Shown piece after piece: positions 1-11,175 of a DNA stretch of 64,000 bases. The DNA lies in the NCBI GenBank assembly GCA_039923645.1, contig JBDTCK010000109.1:7367-71366 (forward strand). Reading direction: 5' to 3'. Source of the stretch: Rhodoferax sp. Lineage in GTDB: Bacteria > Pseudomonadota > Gammaproteobacteria > Burkholderiales > Burkholderiaceae_C. Made by a program: the position numbers and the translations under genes. The notes below the pieces were generated by a model, which was not told the DNA's origin, made no database searches, and was given only the letters and a program-made list of their open reading frames with translations. How positions within the stretch are numbered: the stretch's first letter is position 1; the number at the start of each line of letters is the position of its first letter.

Positions 1-513
1 TGCGCCGGCCACTACCGCGACATGCGCGCCACCGACTTTGATCTGGATGAGATGCTGCGTCACCAGCTAGTCAACGTCGCCGGCGCCTTGCATGTGCTGG
101 GCGCCGTGTTGCCGGCCATGGTAGAGGCCGCGAGGGGCGGACACGGCGGCCACCTCAGCCTGATCAGCAGCGTGGCGGGCTTTCGCGGCCTGCCCAAGAG
201 CCTGGCCTACGGGCCGACCAAGGCCGCGCTGATCAACCTGGCCGAGACGCTCTACCTGGACCTGCACGACCTGGGGCTGGGGGTGAGCGTGATCAACCCC
301 GGTTTCGTGGCGACACCGCTCACGGCCGGCAACCAGTTTGCGATGCCGGCGCTGATCTCGCCCGAAACCGCCGCCACCGCCATCATGCAGGGCTGGGCGC
401 GGGGCGATTTCGACATCCACTTCCCCAAGCGGTTTACCCGGGTGATGAAGCTGCTGCGAGTGCTACCGTATCGGCTCTATTTCCCGGCCGTGCGCCGCTT
501 CACTGGCCTGTGA
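1..513 (+). CDS. SDR family oxidoreductase (5' truncated by window edge)
   Basis: Frame open from base 1; SDR motifs ISSVAG, YGPTK (YxxxK), NPGFVATP. Confidence 0.85.
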   Translation, partial: CAGHYRDMRATDFDLDEMLRHQLVNVAGALHVLGAVLPAMVEAARGGHGGHLSLISSVAGFRGLPKSLAYGPTKAALINLAETLYLDLHDLGLGVSVINPGFVATPLTAGNQFAMPALISPETAATAIMQGWARGDFDIHFPKRFTRVMKLLRVLPYRLYFPAVRRFTGL

Positions 514-516
514 TTC

Positions 517-969
517 ATGTCCTCACCTTCTTCCCCGAGTGTTGAGGATGCCGTGTCCGGCATCGTGACTTTTTTCGAGCAGCTGACGGCAGCCGGGGTG
601 GCTGACGTAGGCTGCTTTTATGACCCGAACGCGCGCTTTAAAGATCCGTTCAACGAGGTTCAGGGTATCGACGCCATTCATCAAATCTTTGATCACATGT
701 TCGTGGCGCTGCGCGAGCCGCGCTTTGTGGTGACCGGCCGCGTGGTGCAGGGCGCGCAGTGCTTCCTGACCTGGGACTTCCTGTTTTACTTCAGGAGCTT
801 GCGCCAGGGCAGGGAGCAGACCATTCGCGGCGCGTCGCACCTGGTGCTGGACGAACAGGGTCTCATCACCTTGCACCGCGACTACTGGGATGCCGCCGAG
901 GAGCTGTACGAAAAACTCCCCGTAGTGGGCGGCGCGATGCGCTGGCTCAAAAAGCGCGCCAACAGCTGA
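517..969 (+). CDS. SnoaL/NTF2-like protein
   Basis: FKDPFN...HRDYWDAAEELYEK pattern typical of the family. Confidence 0.8.
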   Translation: MSSPSSPSVEDAVSGIVTFFEQLTAAGVADVGCFYDPNARFKDPFNEVQGIDAIHQIFDHMFVALREPRFVVTGRVVQGAQCFLTWDFLFYFRSLRQGREQTIRGASHLVLDEQGLITLHRDYWDAAEELYEKLPVVGGAMRWLKKRANS

Positions 970-971
970 CC

Positions 972-2438
972 ATGACGAGCGCCCTGGTCTGGTTTCGTCG
1001 CGACCTGCGCTGCGTCGACCATGCGGCGCTTTATAACGCCTTGCGTTTCGCCCGCCGCGTTTATTGTGTCTTCGTGTTCGACTCGGACATTCTGGACGCG
1101 CTGCCCGACCGACAGGACAGGCGCGTGGAGTTCATCCAGGCCAGCGTGACCGAACTCGATGCCGCGCTCCACGCCATGTCGCTGGCTGCGGAGGGTGATG
1201 GCGCCGGCGTCATCGTGCGCCATGGGCGCGCGGTTGATTGCGTGGTGCAACTGGCGACTGAGCTCGGCGTCAGCAAGGTTTTTGCCAACCGTGACTACGA
1301 ACCGGCAGCCATACGGCGCGACAGCCAGGTCGCAGCGCGACTGGTGGCCAACGGCATCGCGTTCGAGGACTTCAAGGACCAGGTCATTTTCGAGCGCGAC
1401 GAGGTTCTGACCCAGGCCCGCCAGCCTTTCAGCGTATTCACCCCGTATCGCAATGCATGGCTGCGGCAGCTCGATGATTTTCAGCTCCAGCCCTACCCGG
1501 TGGACAAGTACGCGGCACGCCTGGCGCCCAAGCCGACGCGCGAGATGCTGCCGACACTGGCCGACATCGGCTTCGAGGCCACCAATCTGCAGACGCTGGA
1601 CTTGCCGACAGGGATGAGTGGTGGCCGGCGATTGTGCGAAGAATTCCGGGCGCGCATCGACCGGTACAAGCAGCAACGAGACTTCCCGGCGCACAAAGGC
1701 GTGTCCTACCTCTCGGTTCACTTGCGCTTTGGCACGGTGTCGGTCCGGGAGCTCGCCGGTTATGCCCATCGCCATGGCGGCGAGGGCGCGGACACCTGGC
1801 TGGCCGAACTGATCTGGCGCGACTTCTATCACATGATTCTGTGGCACCACCCGCATGTGGTCGAGCACGCATTTCGACCCGGCTGCGAGCACATCGCGTG
1901 GGATGACGCCCCCGAACTGTTCGCCGCCTGGTGTGAGGGCCGCACCGGCTACCCGATCGTGGATGCCGCCATGCGCCAGCTCAACCTGGCAGGCTACATG
2001 CACAACCGCCTGCGCATGGTGGCGGCGTCGTTCCTCACCAAGGATTTGGGCATCGACTGGCGTCTGGGCGAGCGTTACTTTGCGCGGCACTTGAATGACT
2101 ACGACCTTGCCGCCAACAACGGTGGCTGGCAGTGGGCCGCGTCGACCGGTTGCGACGCCCAGCCCTATTTCCGCATTTTCAACCCGGTGACGCAGTCACG
2201 GAAGTTCGATCCGCAAGGGCGCTTTATCCGCCGCTACCTGCCCGAACTGGCGCGTGTGCCGGACAAGTACATCCACGTGCCGGGCGCCATGACCCTGCTC
2301 GCTCAGACCGCTGCTGGAGTACGAATCGGTGTGGACTATCCCGCCCCGCTGGTTGATCATGCGCGGGCACGGCAACGCACACTCATGCGGTTTTCTTCGC
2401 TGGCGACGGGCGGCGCCGCGGGCCCTGCGCCGCGCTGA
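972..2438 (+). CDS. phrB: Deoxyribodipyrimidine (CPD class I) photolyase
   Basis: LVWFRRDLR, WRDFY, GYPIVDAAMR, MHNRLRM, NNGGWQW, YFRIFNP; ATG at 972 just after the upstream stop. Confidence 0.92.
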   Translation: MTSALVWFRRDLRCVDHAALYNALRFARRVYCVFVFDSDILDALPDRQDRRVEFIQASVTELDAALHAMSLAAEGDGAGVIVRHGRAVDCVVQLATELGVSKVFANRDYEPAAIRRDSQVAARLVANGIAFEDFKDQVIFERDEVLTQARQPFSVFTPYRNAWLRQLDDFQLQPYPVDKYAARLAPKPTREMLPTLADIGFEATNLQTLDLPTGMSGGRRLCEEFRARIDRYKQQRDFPAHKGVSYLSVHLRFGTVSVRELAGYAHRHGGEGADTWLAELIWRDFYHMILWHHPHVVEHAFRPGCEHIAWDDAPELFAAWCEGRTGYPIVDAAMRQLNLAGYMHNRLRMVAASFLTKDLGIDWRLGERYFARHLNDYDLAANNGGWQWAASTGCDAQPYFRIFNPVTQSRKFDPQGRFIRRYLPELARVPDKYIHVPGAMTLLAQTAAGVRIGVDYPAPLVDHARARQRTLMRFSSLATGGAAGPAPR

Positions 2439-2478
2439 GCCAGCTAGGGTGGCGCGGTTTGGCCCGCTCCAGCCGCGC

Positions 2479-2886
2479 TCACGAGAACCAGCGCAGGAAG
2501 GCCGCCGCCGTCAATGCGATCATGCCCAACGCGGCCAGTGCAAGCCAGATCAGCGCGGCCCGCCGGTCACCGCGCGCCGCGCGCAGGCGCAGCGACACGA
2601 CGACCAATAAAGCCGCCGTGATGGCACACAGCACCTTGACCGAGACCGCCGCCACGGCGATGCCGTGAATGTCGGGCAACTGGCCGTAGAAATGCAGGCT
2701 GACCAGACCGAACAGCGCGCCGCTGGCGAATTGGACGGCCCAACCCGACAGCACCAGCCACAGGACACGCCGCTCGCGCACGGGGCGTCCGGCGCCCACA
2801 ACGTACAGCGGCGCTGCGACCACGGTCACGGCACCAAAGTTGTGGGCGACCTGGGTCAGCGCGTAAGCGAGGTTCTGCAGGTCCAA
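2479..2886 (-). CDS. Hypothetical ~4-TM membrane protein
   Basis: Four hydrophobic segments; probable TTG start (MDLQNLAYALTQVAHNFGAV) 5 nt downstream of the preceding gene. Confidence 0.65.
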   Translation of the reverse strand: MDLQNLAYALTQVAHNFGAVTVVAAPLYVVGAGRPVRERRVLWLVLSGWAVQFASGALFGLVSLHFYGQLPDIHGIAVAAVSVKVLCAITAALLVVVSLRLRAARGDRRAALIWLALAALGMIALTAAAFLRWFS

Positions 2887-2891
2887 GCCGG

Positions 2892-3245
2892 CTACTCGAC
2901 GCTGACGCTGACGCAGCGCTGCAAGCCGATCGGCGTGTGCGCCTTGTTGACCACCTTGACGCAAAGGGTGTGCTTGCCGGCGGACAGGGCCTCAAAGGTA
3001 TAGCTGCCCTTGAGCTGGCGCAGGATGCCGACCTCCTTGTCATCCACATAGACGTGCACATGGTCGCCTTTGGGGCCGGGCACCACGTCGTATACGATCT
3101 TGTTCTGGTTCATCACGTCGAGTTTTGCGCCGTCCTGCGGCGACGTGATCGTGACCGAGCCTTCGGCGGCCATGGCGGCGGGTGCCAGCAGGAAAGACCC
3201 CGACATCAGGGCGACAGACAAGGTGAAAGCAGGCAGGCGAATCAT
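2892..3245 (-). CDS. Small exported beta-rich protein with HxH motif
   Basis: Signal peptide ending AMA-A; DHVHVYVD; two Cys; GGAG RBS; good codon bias. Confidence 0.7.
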   Translation of the reverse strand: MIRLPAFTLSVALMSGSFLLAPAAMAAEGSVTITSPQDGAKLDVMNQNKIVYDVVPGPKGDHVHVYVDDKEVGILRQLKGSYTFEALSAGKHTLCVKVVNKAHTPIGLQRCVSVSVE

Positions 3246-3463
3246 GACATCTCCAGGGCAATAAATACGGTTGAACGCTGTTGAACAGACCGGTTGAGAG
3301 CCTGAGCATAGCCTCACTGGCCTCGTTGAGGAGGCGGCGTCAACTTTGCCATGCGGGTGTCTCGATGGCCTCGTGATCGGGCATTTCCAGTTGGTTTATG
3401 CTGACGGCCTTCGCAGACAGGTGGGCCCGGTGCCCCGGTCTGTCCCTTTAACCAGGAAATCTC

Positions 3464-4279
3464 ATGCCCTTGTGGTTGCGGCGCACTTTGTTGAGCGCCA
3501 TTTTGCTCATCGCCGCGCAGGCCGCCCTGGCGCAGGCACCGACGACTGTGTTCCTTGAGGACGTGACCTGGACCGAATTGCGTGACCTGCTGGCGGCGGG
3601 CAAGACGACCGCGATCATCCCCATCGGCGGGACCGAACAAAGCGGCCCCTACGTCGCGCTGGGCAAGCACAATGCGCGCGTGCGCGCGCTTTCGCAGCGT
3701 ATTGCGCAGGGGCTGGGCAACGCGCTGGTCGCGCCCGTTATCGCCTATGTGCCGGAGGGTGGCTATGCGCCACCGACCTCGCACATGCGCTTTCCCGGCA
3801 CCTTGACCGTATCCGACGACGTGTTCGAGAAGACGCTGGAGTCGGTGGCCAACAGCCTGAAGGTGCATGGCTTCAAGAACGTCGTGTTCCTGGGCGACCA
3901 TGGTGGCTATCAAAATGACGTCCGGCGCGTGGTGGCGCGCCTGAACAAGGCCTGGACCGGTTCACCGGCACGCGCCTTTGTGCCGCCCGAGTATTACGCC
4001 ACCAGCTCCGACGGCTATGCGCAGATCCTGCGCCAGCACGGCGTGCGCGACGATGAGATCGGCACGCATGCGGCGCTGGCCGACACCTCGCTGCAGCTGG
4101 CGGTCGCGCCTGGGATGGTGCGGCTGCAGCAGCTGCGCAGTGCGCCCAGGCCCGGTGCTGCCGACGGCGTCTATGGCGGAGACCCACGCCGCGCATCGGC
4201 CGAACTCGGTCAGCTCGGCGTGGATGCGATCGTGTCGCGCACGGTGGCCGCACTGAAAAAAGATACCGCGGCGCGCTGA
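3464..4279 (+). CDS. Creatininase-family amidohydrolase with signal peptide
   Basis: IPIGGTEQSGP, FPGT, GDHGG, HA..DTS motifs; N-terminal ALA signal. Confidence 0.85.
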   Translation: MPLWLRRTLLSAILLIAAQAALAQAPTTVFLEDVTWTELRDLLAAGKTTAIIPIGGTEQSGPYVALGKHNARVRALSQRIAQGLGNALVAPVIAYVPEGGYAPPTSHMRFPGTLTVSDDVFEKTLESVANSLKVHGFKNVVFLGDHGGYQNDVRRVVARLNKAWTGSPARAFVPPEYYATSSDGYAQILRQHGVRDDEIGTHAALADTSLQLAVAPGMVRLQQLRSAPRPGAADGVYGGDPRRASAELGQLGVDAIVSRTVAALKKDTAAR

Positions 4280-4338
4280 AGCGCCGTCTCGCCTGATTCC
4301 CTTTTAGCCAACCCTTTCATTTTCAAACGGAACCCATC

Positions 4339-5502
4339 ATGACTTTCACCCTTTCTTCCCGCTCCCGCCTGGCCGCGCTGGCCCTGGCGGGTTTGTGCGC
4401 CGCCGGCGTCACCGCTGCGGCCACGCCGGTCGTCACCGTTCCCGGCATGCCGCCGGTGGTGAATCCGGACAACCTGTATAGCGAGGCGGGCGCCGGGCAT
4501 CTGAGCGCTGCGGTGGCGGGCGCGCTGCCCCGCGTCTATGTTCCCAACGTACGCTCGGACGACGTCTATGTGATCGATCCGGCGACGTTCAAGGTGGTGG
4601 ACAAGTTCAAGGTCGGTCACAGCCCGCAGCACGTCGTCCCGTCCTGGGACCTGCAGACCTTGTGGGTCGCCAACAATGCCGAAGGCCGGCCGGACGGCAG
4701 CCTGACACCGATCGACCCGAAGACGGGCAAGCCTGGCACCGCGGTCCAGGTGGACGATCCCTACAACATGTATTTCACGCCCGATGGCAAGGAAGCCATC
4801 GTGGTGGCGGAAGCGCATGCGCGGCTGGACTTTCGCGATGCGCACACGATGGCTCTCAAGTCGAGCCTCGTGGTGCCGCAGTGCAAGGGCATCAACCACG
4901 CTGATTTCTCGATCGACGGCAAGTACGCGATCTTCACCTGTGAGTTCGGTGGCAAGCTGGCGAAGATCGACATGGCCAATCACAAGGTGCTGGGCTACCT
5001 CGACCTGAACAAGATGGGCATGCCGCAGGACATCCGGATCTCGCCGGATGGCAAGGTGTTTTATGTGGCGGACATGATGGCCGACGGCGTTTACGTGATT
5101 GATGGCGACAGCTTCACCAAGGTGGGTTTTGTCAAGACCGGCGTCGGCACCCACGGGTTGTACCCGAGCCGGGACGGAACGAAACTGTACGTCTCCAATC
5201 GCGGCACGAACCGCATTCATGGCGCGCGCCGTGGCAAGGGCAGCGTCTCGGTGATCGACTTTGCCACGCGTGCGGTGGTGGCAACCTGGCCCATTCCAGG
5301 CGGCGGCAGCCCGGACATGGGCAATGTCAGCGCGGACGGCAAGATGCTGTGGCTGTCGGGACGCTTCGATGATGTGGTGTATGCCATCGACACCGCGACG
5401 GGCGCGGTCAAGTCGATCAAGGTCGGCATGGAGCCGCACGGCCTGACCGTCTGGCCGCAACCCGGGCGCTATTCGCTGGGCCACACCGGCAACATGCGCT
5501 GA
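4339..5502 (+). CDS. Exported YVTN/YncE-type beta-propeller protein
   Basis: Repeated VYVID/SPDGK..YV units; signal peptide. Confidence 0.85.
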   Translation: MTFTLSSRSRLAALALAGLCAAGVTAAATPVVTVPGMPPVVNPDNLYSEAGAGHLSAAVAGALPRVYVPNVRSDDVYVIDPATFKVVDKFKVGHSPQHVVPSWDLQTLWVANNAEGRPDGSLTPIDPKTGKPGTAVQVDDPYNMYFTPDGKEAIVVAEAHARLDFRDAHTMALKSSLVVPQCKGINHADFSIDGKYAIFTCEFGGKLAKIDMANHKVLGYLDLNKMGMPQDIRISPDGKVFYVADMMADGVYVIDGDSFTKVGFVKTGVGTHGLYPSRDGTKLYVSNRGTNRIHGARRGKGSVSVIDFATRAVVATWPIPGGGSPDMGNVSADGKMLWLSGRFDDVVYAIDTATGAVKSIKVGMEPHGLTVWPQPGRYSLGHTGNMR

Positions 5503-5515
5503 GCGTGCGCCTTGC

Positions 5516-7747
5516 CTAGACCTTGACCTGACCCGCGGCCCGGCGCAGCTCGCGTGCCATGGCAGTGGCCATCGCCAGGCGCCGTAACAGCCACGGCGTG
5601 AGGTCCGCCGCCACGAGCGGGTCGGGCCGCGGCTGAAACGGCTGGCCCGCCACTGCGGGGCCGGGCTCTGCGGCACCGTCCGTCTCGCTGTCGCTGTCCA
5701 TCAATTCCGCCTGGATGCGTTGCGACGCCTGCTGCAGTGCCGGCGTGGCGACGGCGAGGTCGAGCTGGGCATGACGCAACAACAGTGATTTGATGGCTGT
5801 GAGCTGTGCCAGCAACTGGTAGCTACGGGCCTGTAGCGCCTCGAGCGCATCAAGCGGTGGGCGAACCTGGCGCGGCTCGGCCATGGAGCGCTGGATTGCC
5901 AGCGTCACGGCCGACAGGCTGTCGTAGGCCTCGCGGCGTGACAGGCGCCACGGCAGGTCGTTGGTCTGCTCCTTGTTCAGCAGCGCCAGCGCGAGCAGCG
6001 CATGCTGGCCCTGGGCCTTCACGCTGCGCCGCACCAGGGCCGGAATCTGGTGGCGCTCCCAGGCCGGCAGCACGTAGCTGAACAGCCAGGCGATGGAGGC
6101 GCCAATCACGGTGTCAGCCAACCGCTGACCCATCGCCATGTCGGGCTGCAGGCCGGTCACCAGCAGGTGCACCATCAGGAGCGAGCCGACCGTCGCCGAG
6201 GCTGTGGTGTAGAGGTAGCGACGCAGTGCAAAGGCATGTGCCAACCCCTGGCTCAGCGCCACCACCAGCAAGATCGTGAAGCCGCTGGGGTGGGTCACCA
6301 ACAGCGCCATCACCAGCAGGCAGCCGATCACCGTACCAGCCACGCGTGCGTTGCGCCGTTGCACGGTCTGCGCCAGGTTGCCGCGCATCACCACCACGAT
6401 GGAGAAGAGCACCCAGTACCCGTGCCCCGCCCACGGCAGGTTCATGGCGACCAGATAGCCCACACCCACCGCCAGCGTGGCGCGCAGGGCATAGCGCAGC
6501 ATGGGCGCGCGCCACGCCAGTTGTCCCAACAGGGGTTTCCAAGACCACGCGGTGGGGCTTACAAACAGTTGCCACTGCGTGCGCACTGCAGCCAATTCGG
6601 GCGCCACGTCGCCGCGCGCCAGCGCCACCATGCGGGCCGCTTCATCGTGCAGATGGCCGATGCGGTTCGCCATGCTGTGCAGCAGGGCGTCGGCGTCGGG
6701 TTCGCCCGTGTTCAGCGGTGCGGGCTCGTTGTCTGCGTGGAGCGGCACCGGCAGTGCGCCGTGCAGCCGCTCGCGCAGGTCTGGCACCGGCACGATCGCG
6801 CTGCGCGCGCGGCCCAGCAGCAGGTCCAGTGCCAGCTGCTCCAGTTCCGCGGCGACGGTGTTGAGGGCGTCCTGCAGCAGCGGCAGCGTGGGGGCACTGG
6901 CACTGGCGTGCTGGCTCAGCAAAACGTCCAGGTCCAGGTTGCAGGCCAGCTGCTGGTCGCGTGCTTCCAGCAGCGCCAGCAGCATGGCCGCCAGTCGCTG
7001 GCGCCTGGGCGTGGTGGGCGACTCCAGCACCACGTCGCGGGTGTTCTGCAGGTAGTCCGCCAATATGATCTGTTGCTCCAGCATGGCCGCCAGCAGGGCC
7101 TGGTGATCGGGCTGGGGCACCAAGCGCTGCGCCTGGGTGCGCAGGATCCTGGCGAACGTCGTGATGCATTCGGCCAGCAACTGGGCACGAAAGAGCTGGT
7201 TCAGCACATGGGTGGTGAGCACAGCCCAGACCAGGTACAACACCGCGCCGACCAGGTACCAGCCCGTGTTCATTGCGATTTGTTCGAGCGATGACGGGGC
7301 CGGCGCCGCCACGGCGAACAGCATCGAGAACAACATTGAAAAAGTGATGGGGCCGCCGCGTTTGCCCCAGGACATCAGCATGACCGACAGGAACGTGCCG
7401 GCCACCAGCACCAGCCCGAGCTGCACGGCGTCATGCTGCACCAATTGCACCAGCACGAACAGGGGCGCACCCAGCAGCGGCGCGGGCAGCATCTGTGTCA
7501 GCTTGCGCCGGCGCGGCGCGGGCACGTCGGGCAGGCTGGTGATCAGGATGCCGACCGCTGCGCTGGAAACGGCGACCACGCCGGCGAATGCGAACACGGC
7601 CAGCAGAATCAGGTACAGGCCCACCGCCACCGCGATGCCGTTGGCCATGTATTGGCTCAGCACGACGCGCAGCACGCGCTGCGTGGCTGCGCGCAGGCGG
7701 GTGGCCAGCGTCAGGGGAAGGGTTGGTTCAGGCGGGTTCCGGTTCAT
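5516..7747 (-). CDS. FUSC/YccS-family membrane protein
   Basis: RYALR..LAV, HGYWV, R..GTVIG, RLADT.IG motifs; many TM segments. Confidence 0.85.
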   Translation of the reverse strand: MNRNPPEPTLPLTLATRLRAATQRVLRVVLSQYMANGIAVAVGLYLILLAVFAFAGVVAVSSAAVGILITSLPDVPAPRRRKLTQMLPAPLLGAPLFVLVQLVQHDAVQLGLVLVAGTFLSVMLMSWGKRGGPITFSMLFSMLFAVAAPAPSSLEQIAMNTGWYLVGAVLYLVWAVLTTHVLNQLFRAQLLAECITTFARILRTQAQRLVPQPDHQALLAAMLEQQIILADYLQNTRDVVLESPTTPRRQRLAAMLLALLEARDQQLACNLDLDVLLSQHASASAPTLPLLQDALNTVAAELEQLALDLLLGRARSAIVPVPDLRERLHGALPVPLHADNEPAPLNTGEPDADALLHSMANRIGHLHDEAARMVALARGDVAPELAAVRTQWQLFVSPTAWSWKPLLGQLAWRAPMLRYALRATLAVGVGYLVAMNLPWAGHGYWVLFSIVVVMRGNLAQTVQRRNARVAGTVIGCLLVMALLVTHPSGFTILLVVALSQGLAHAFALRRYLYTTASATVGSLLMVHLLVTGLQPDMAMGQRLADTVIGASIAWLFSYVLPAWERHQIPALVRRSVKAQGQHALLALALLNKEQTNDLPWRLSRREAYDSLSAVTLAIQRSMAEPRQVRPPLDALEALQARSYQLLAQLTAIKSLLLRHAQLDLAVATPALQQASQRIQAELMDSDSETDGAAEPGPAVAGQPFQPRPDPLVAADLTPWLLRRLAMATAMARELRRAAGQVKV

Positions 7748-7782
7748 GATGCGCGCAGCACACTTTACCGGTGTCTGGAGCG

Positions 7783-8700
7783 TCAGGACGCGGTGGTGCC
7801 GGCGCCCTCGGACTGGACCGGCGCCGCTTCGGCAGGCAAGGTGATTCCCGGCGCCGTCAGCGTCTGGCGCAGTGTGGCTTTCTCGCCGGCGCTGGCGAAC
7901 TTGCTGTATTTGCCAAGCAGCGGCACGAGCTGGCCATAGATCTTCGGGCTCGCCGCGAGGCATTCCTTTTGGTCGATGAAGTCGGCCTCGCCCGTGAGGT
8001 TACCGACCAGGCCGCCGGACTCGGTCACCAGGAGCGAGCCTGCCGCCACATCCCAGGGCTGCAGGCCGGTTTCGAAAAATCCGTCGGTGAATCCGGCCGC
8101 CACGTAGGCCAGGTCGAGCGCGGCCGCACCGGGGCGGCGCAGACCGGCGGTGCGCGGCATCAGCTCGGCCATCATGGCCAGGTAGTTTTTGAAGTTGTCA
8201 CCCGGGCGGAACGGAAAGCCGGTGGAGAGCAGGCACTCCTGCAGCCGGGTGCGCTTGGACACGCGCAGGCGGCGGTCGTTCATGTAGGCACCGCGGCCCT
8301 TGGTGGCGGTGAACAGGTCGTTGCGGCTGGGGTCGTACACCACCGCCTGCTCGACCTTGCCGCGCGCCGTCAGTGCAATGCTGACGCAGTACACCGGAAA
8401 ACCGTGTATGAAGTTGGTGGTGCCGTCCAATGGGTCGATGATCCAGACGAACTCTGAATCTTTCGCACCATGCTCGCTGCCCGACTCTTCGGCCAGGATG
8501 CCGTGGCCCGGATACGCCGTGAGCAGGGTTTCGATGATGGCCTGCTCACTCGCATGATCGACTTCGGTGACGAAGTCATTCACCTGCTTTTGCGAAATGC
8601 GGATGGCTTCGACATCGAGCGCGGCGCGGTTGATGATGGCGCCGGCGGCGCGGGCGGCCTTGATGGCCACGTTGAGCATGGGGTGCAGATTGGGCGACAT
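7783..8700 (-). CDS. suhB: Inositol monophosphatase / Nus factor SuhB
   Basis: [29 protein letters not shown]. Confidence 0.93.
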   Translation of the reverse strand: MSPNLHPMLNVAIKAARAAGAIINRAALDVEAIRISQKQVNDFVTEVDHASEQAIIETLLTAYPGHGILAEESGSEHGAKDSEFVWIIDPLDGTTNFIHGFPVYCVSIALTARGKVEQAVVYDPSRNDLFTATKGRGAYMNDRRLRVSKRTRLQECLLSTGFPFRPGDNFKNYLAMMAELMPRTAGLRRPGAAALDLAYVAAGFTDGFFETGLQPWDVAAGSLLVTESGGLVGNLTGEADFIDQKECLAASPKIYGQLVPLLGKYSKFASAGEKATLRQTLTAPGITLPAEAAPVQSEGAGTTAS

Positions 8701-8745
8701 GAATTGTGAACCTTTGCGGGACCGACCTTTAGCTCTGTCCCCAAC

Positions 8746-8758
8746 TGTTTTAAGAGCA
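8746..8758 (-). promoter_or_regulatory. boxA-like element in suhB leader
   Basis: Minus strand TGCTCTTAAAACA versus boxA TGCTCTTTAACA, ~45 nt before the suhB start. Confidence 0.5.
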
Positions 8759-8905
8759 AAAAAATCTGCCCGGCGATGCGGGCAGCGGCAATGGCGCGAT
8801 TTTACCAAAGACCTGAAAACCGGCATCACCGGATTGCCACCCCAACGCGCGGCGACAATGGCGCTCTGTGCTTTGTCTCTCCGGCTTGCCTCTCTTCTTT
8901 TCGCC

Positions 8906-9751
8906 ATGAAAACCCGTTTTATCCTGATCAACACCAGCCACGCCGGCAATGTGGGCGCTTGCGCGCGCGCCATGAAGGTCATGGGTTTCGACGAACTGGT
9001 ACTGGTTGCGCCGCGCTGGGCCAACGTGTTGCGCCGTGAGGAAACCATCCAGCGTGCCAGCGGCGCATTGGACGTATTGAAGAACGCGCGCATCGTGGCC
9101 ACGCTTGACGATGCGCTGGACGGCATGACATACCTGTGTGCCACCGCGATGACGCCGCGCGACTTCGGGCCGCCCACGATGGCGCCGCGCGAGTATTTCG
9201 AGATGCTCCTGAAAAAAGATCAAACTTTCGATGTTGCACAAGGGCTAGAGGCCGATAACACCCTCAACTCCGAGCCAGGCATGGCATTTGTCTTTGGCTC
9301 GGAGCGCTTTGGCATGCGCAACGAAGACGTGTACCGCTGCCACGTCTGCCTGAGTATTCCGACCAATCCGTCATTCGGCTCGCTCAACCTGGGGGCGGCG
9401 ATTCAGGTCATTGCCTACGAATGGCGGCTTGCGCTGGGCGGCTTTGGGGTGGAGTCTGCGACCAGTGCGCCGGTGTATGCGGATGCACAGCAAGTGAGCG
9501 GCATGCTGGAGCACTGGCAGCAGGTTCTCGTGTCCATTGATTTTCTGGACCCCGAGGCGCCCAAAAAACTCATGCCGCGGCTCAACCAGCTGGCTAATCG
9601 CGCACAGATCACGGGGGAAGAAATCCACATCCTGCGCGGCATCGCCAAAGCGGTGGCGCAGGTGGCGGCGCGTGCCAAAGCCGCCGCTGGCGTCGATGCC
9701 GACGCGCCAGCCGGGGCGCCGCAGCCAGCAAAGACGCTGCTCAGGCGATAG
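8906..9751 (+). CDS. trmJ: tRNA C32/U32 2'-O-methyltransferase, TrmJ family
   Basis: [34 protein letters not shown] motifs; suhB-trmJ-cysE synteny. Confidence 0.9.
   Translation: MKTRFILINTSHAGNVGACARAMKVMGFDELVLVAPRWANVLRREETIQRASGALDVLKNARIVATLDDALDGMTYLCATAMTPRDFGPPTMAPREYFEMLLKKDQTFDVAQGLEADNTLNSEPGMAFVFGSERFGMRNEDVYRCHVCLSIPTNPSFGSLNLGAAIQVIAYEWRLALGGFGVESATSAPVYADAQQVSGMLEHWQQVLVSIDFLDPEAPKKLMPRLNQLANRAQITGEEIHILRGIAKAVAQVAARAKAAAGVDADAPAGAPQPAKTLLRR
9205..9246 (+). repeat. Double-dyad repeat copy, in-frame in trmJ (degenerate)
   Basis: GCTC-ctgaaaaaa-GATC-aaacttt-CGAT-gttgcacaa-GGGCT; AT-rich patch inside the gene. Confidence 0.55.
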
Positions 9752-9760
9752 ACTCGCCGG

Positions 9761-10537
9761 ATGTTTTCCCGCCTTCGCTCCGACATTCAATGCATTCTCG
9801 AGCGCGACCCGGCTGCGCGCAGCACCTGGGAGGTGCTGACCTGCTATCCGGGGCTGCACGCGCTGGTGTTTCACCGACGCGCCCACTGGTGCTGGGAACA
9901 TGACTACAAATGGCTGGGGCGCTTTCTGTCGAACATCTCGCGCGGCGTGACCGGGATCGAGATTCACCCCGGCGCGAAGATCGGCGAGCGCGTGTTCTTC
10001 GACCATGCCATGGGCGTCGTGATAGGCGAGACCGCCGAGGTCGGCGACGGCTGCACCATCTACCAGGGCGTCACGCTCGGAGGCACCTCGCTATACAAGG
10101 GCGCCAAGCGCCACCCCACGCTGGGGCGCGATGTGGTCGTGAGCGCGGGCGCCAAAGTACTGGGCGGTTTTGTGGTGGGCGACGGCGCCAAGATCGGCAG
10201 CAACGCGGTGGTGATCAAGCCGGTGCCGGCGGGTGCCACGGCGGTCGGTATTCCGGCGCGCATCATCCCGTCCAAGACCGGCGAGAGCGCCGATGTGACC
10301 ACGCAAGAACACAAGTTCTCGGCCTACGGCATCACCCAGGAGGACGATCCGCTGAGCCAGGCCATGAAAGGCCTGATCGACAACGCCTCCTCGCACGAGC
10401 ACCAGATCGCGCTGCTGTGGCAGGCGATCGAGACCTTATCGAGCACCCCGCAAACGACGAAGAGTTGCGTGCCGGGCGATGCCGCGCGCCGCGAGGCTTT
10501 CGAGGCCGACAAGCTGAACCAGTTGATGGGCAAGTAG
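9761..10537 (+). CDS. cysE: Serine O-acetyltransferase
   Basis: [30 protein letters not shown]. Confidence 0.93.
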   Translation: MFSRLRSDIQCILERDPAARSTWEVLTCYPGLHALVFHRRAHWCWEHDYKWLGRFLSNISRGVTGIEIHPGAKIGERVFFDHAMGVVIGETAEVGDGCTIYQGVTLGGTSLYKGAKRHPTLGRDVVVSAGAKVLGGFVVGDGAKIGSNAVVIKPVPAGATAVGIPARIIPSKTGESADVTTQEHKFSAYGITQEDDPLSQAMKGLIDNASSHEHQIALLWQAIETLSSTPQTTKSCVPGDAARREAFEADKLNQLMGK

Positions 10538-10566
10538 GGCGCTCCGCGCTGTTGTCCGGAATCGGG

Positions 10567-11171
<605 letters not shown>

Positions 11172-11175
<4 letters not shown>

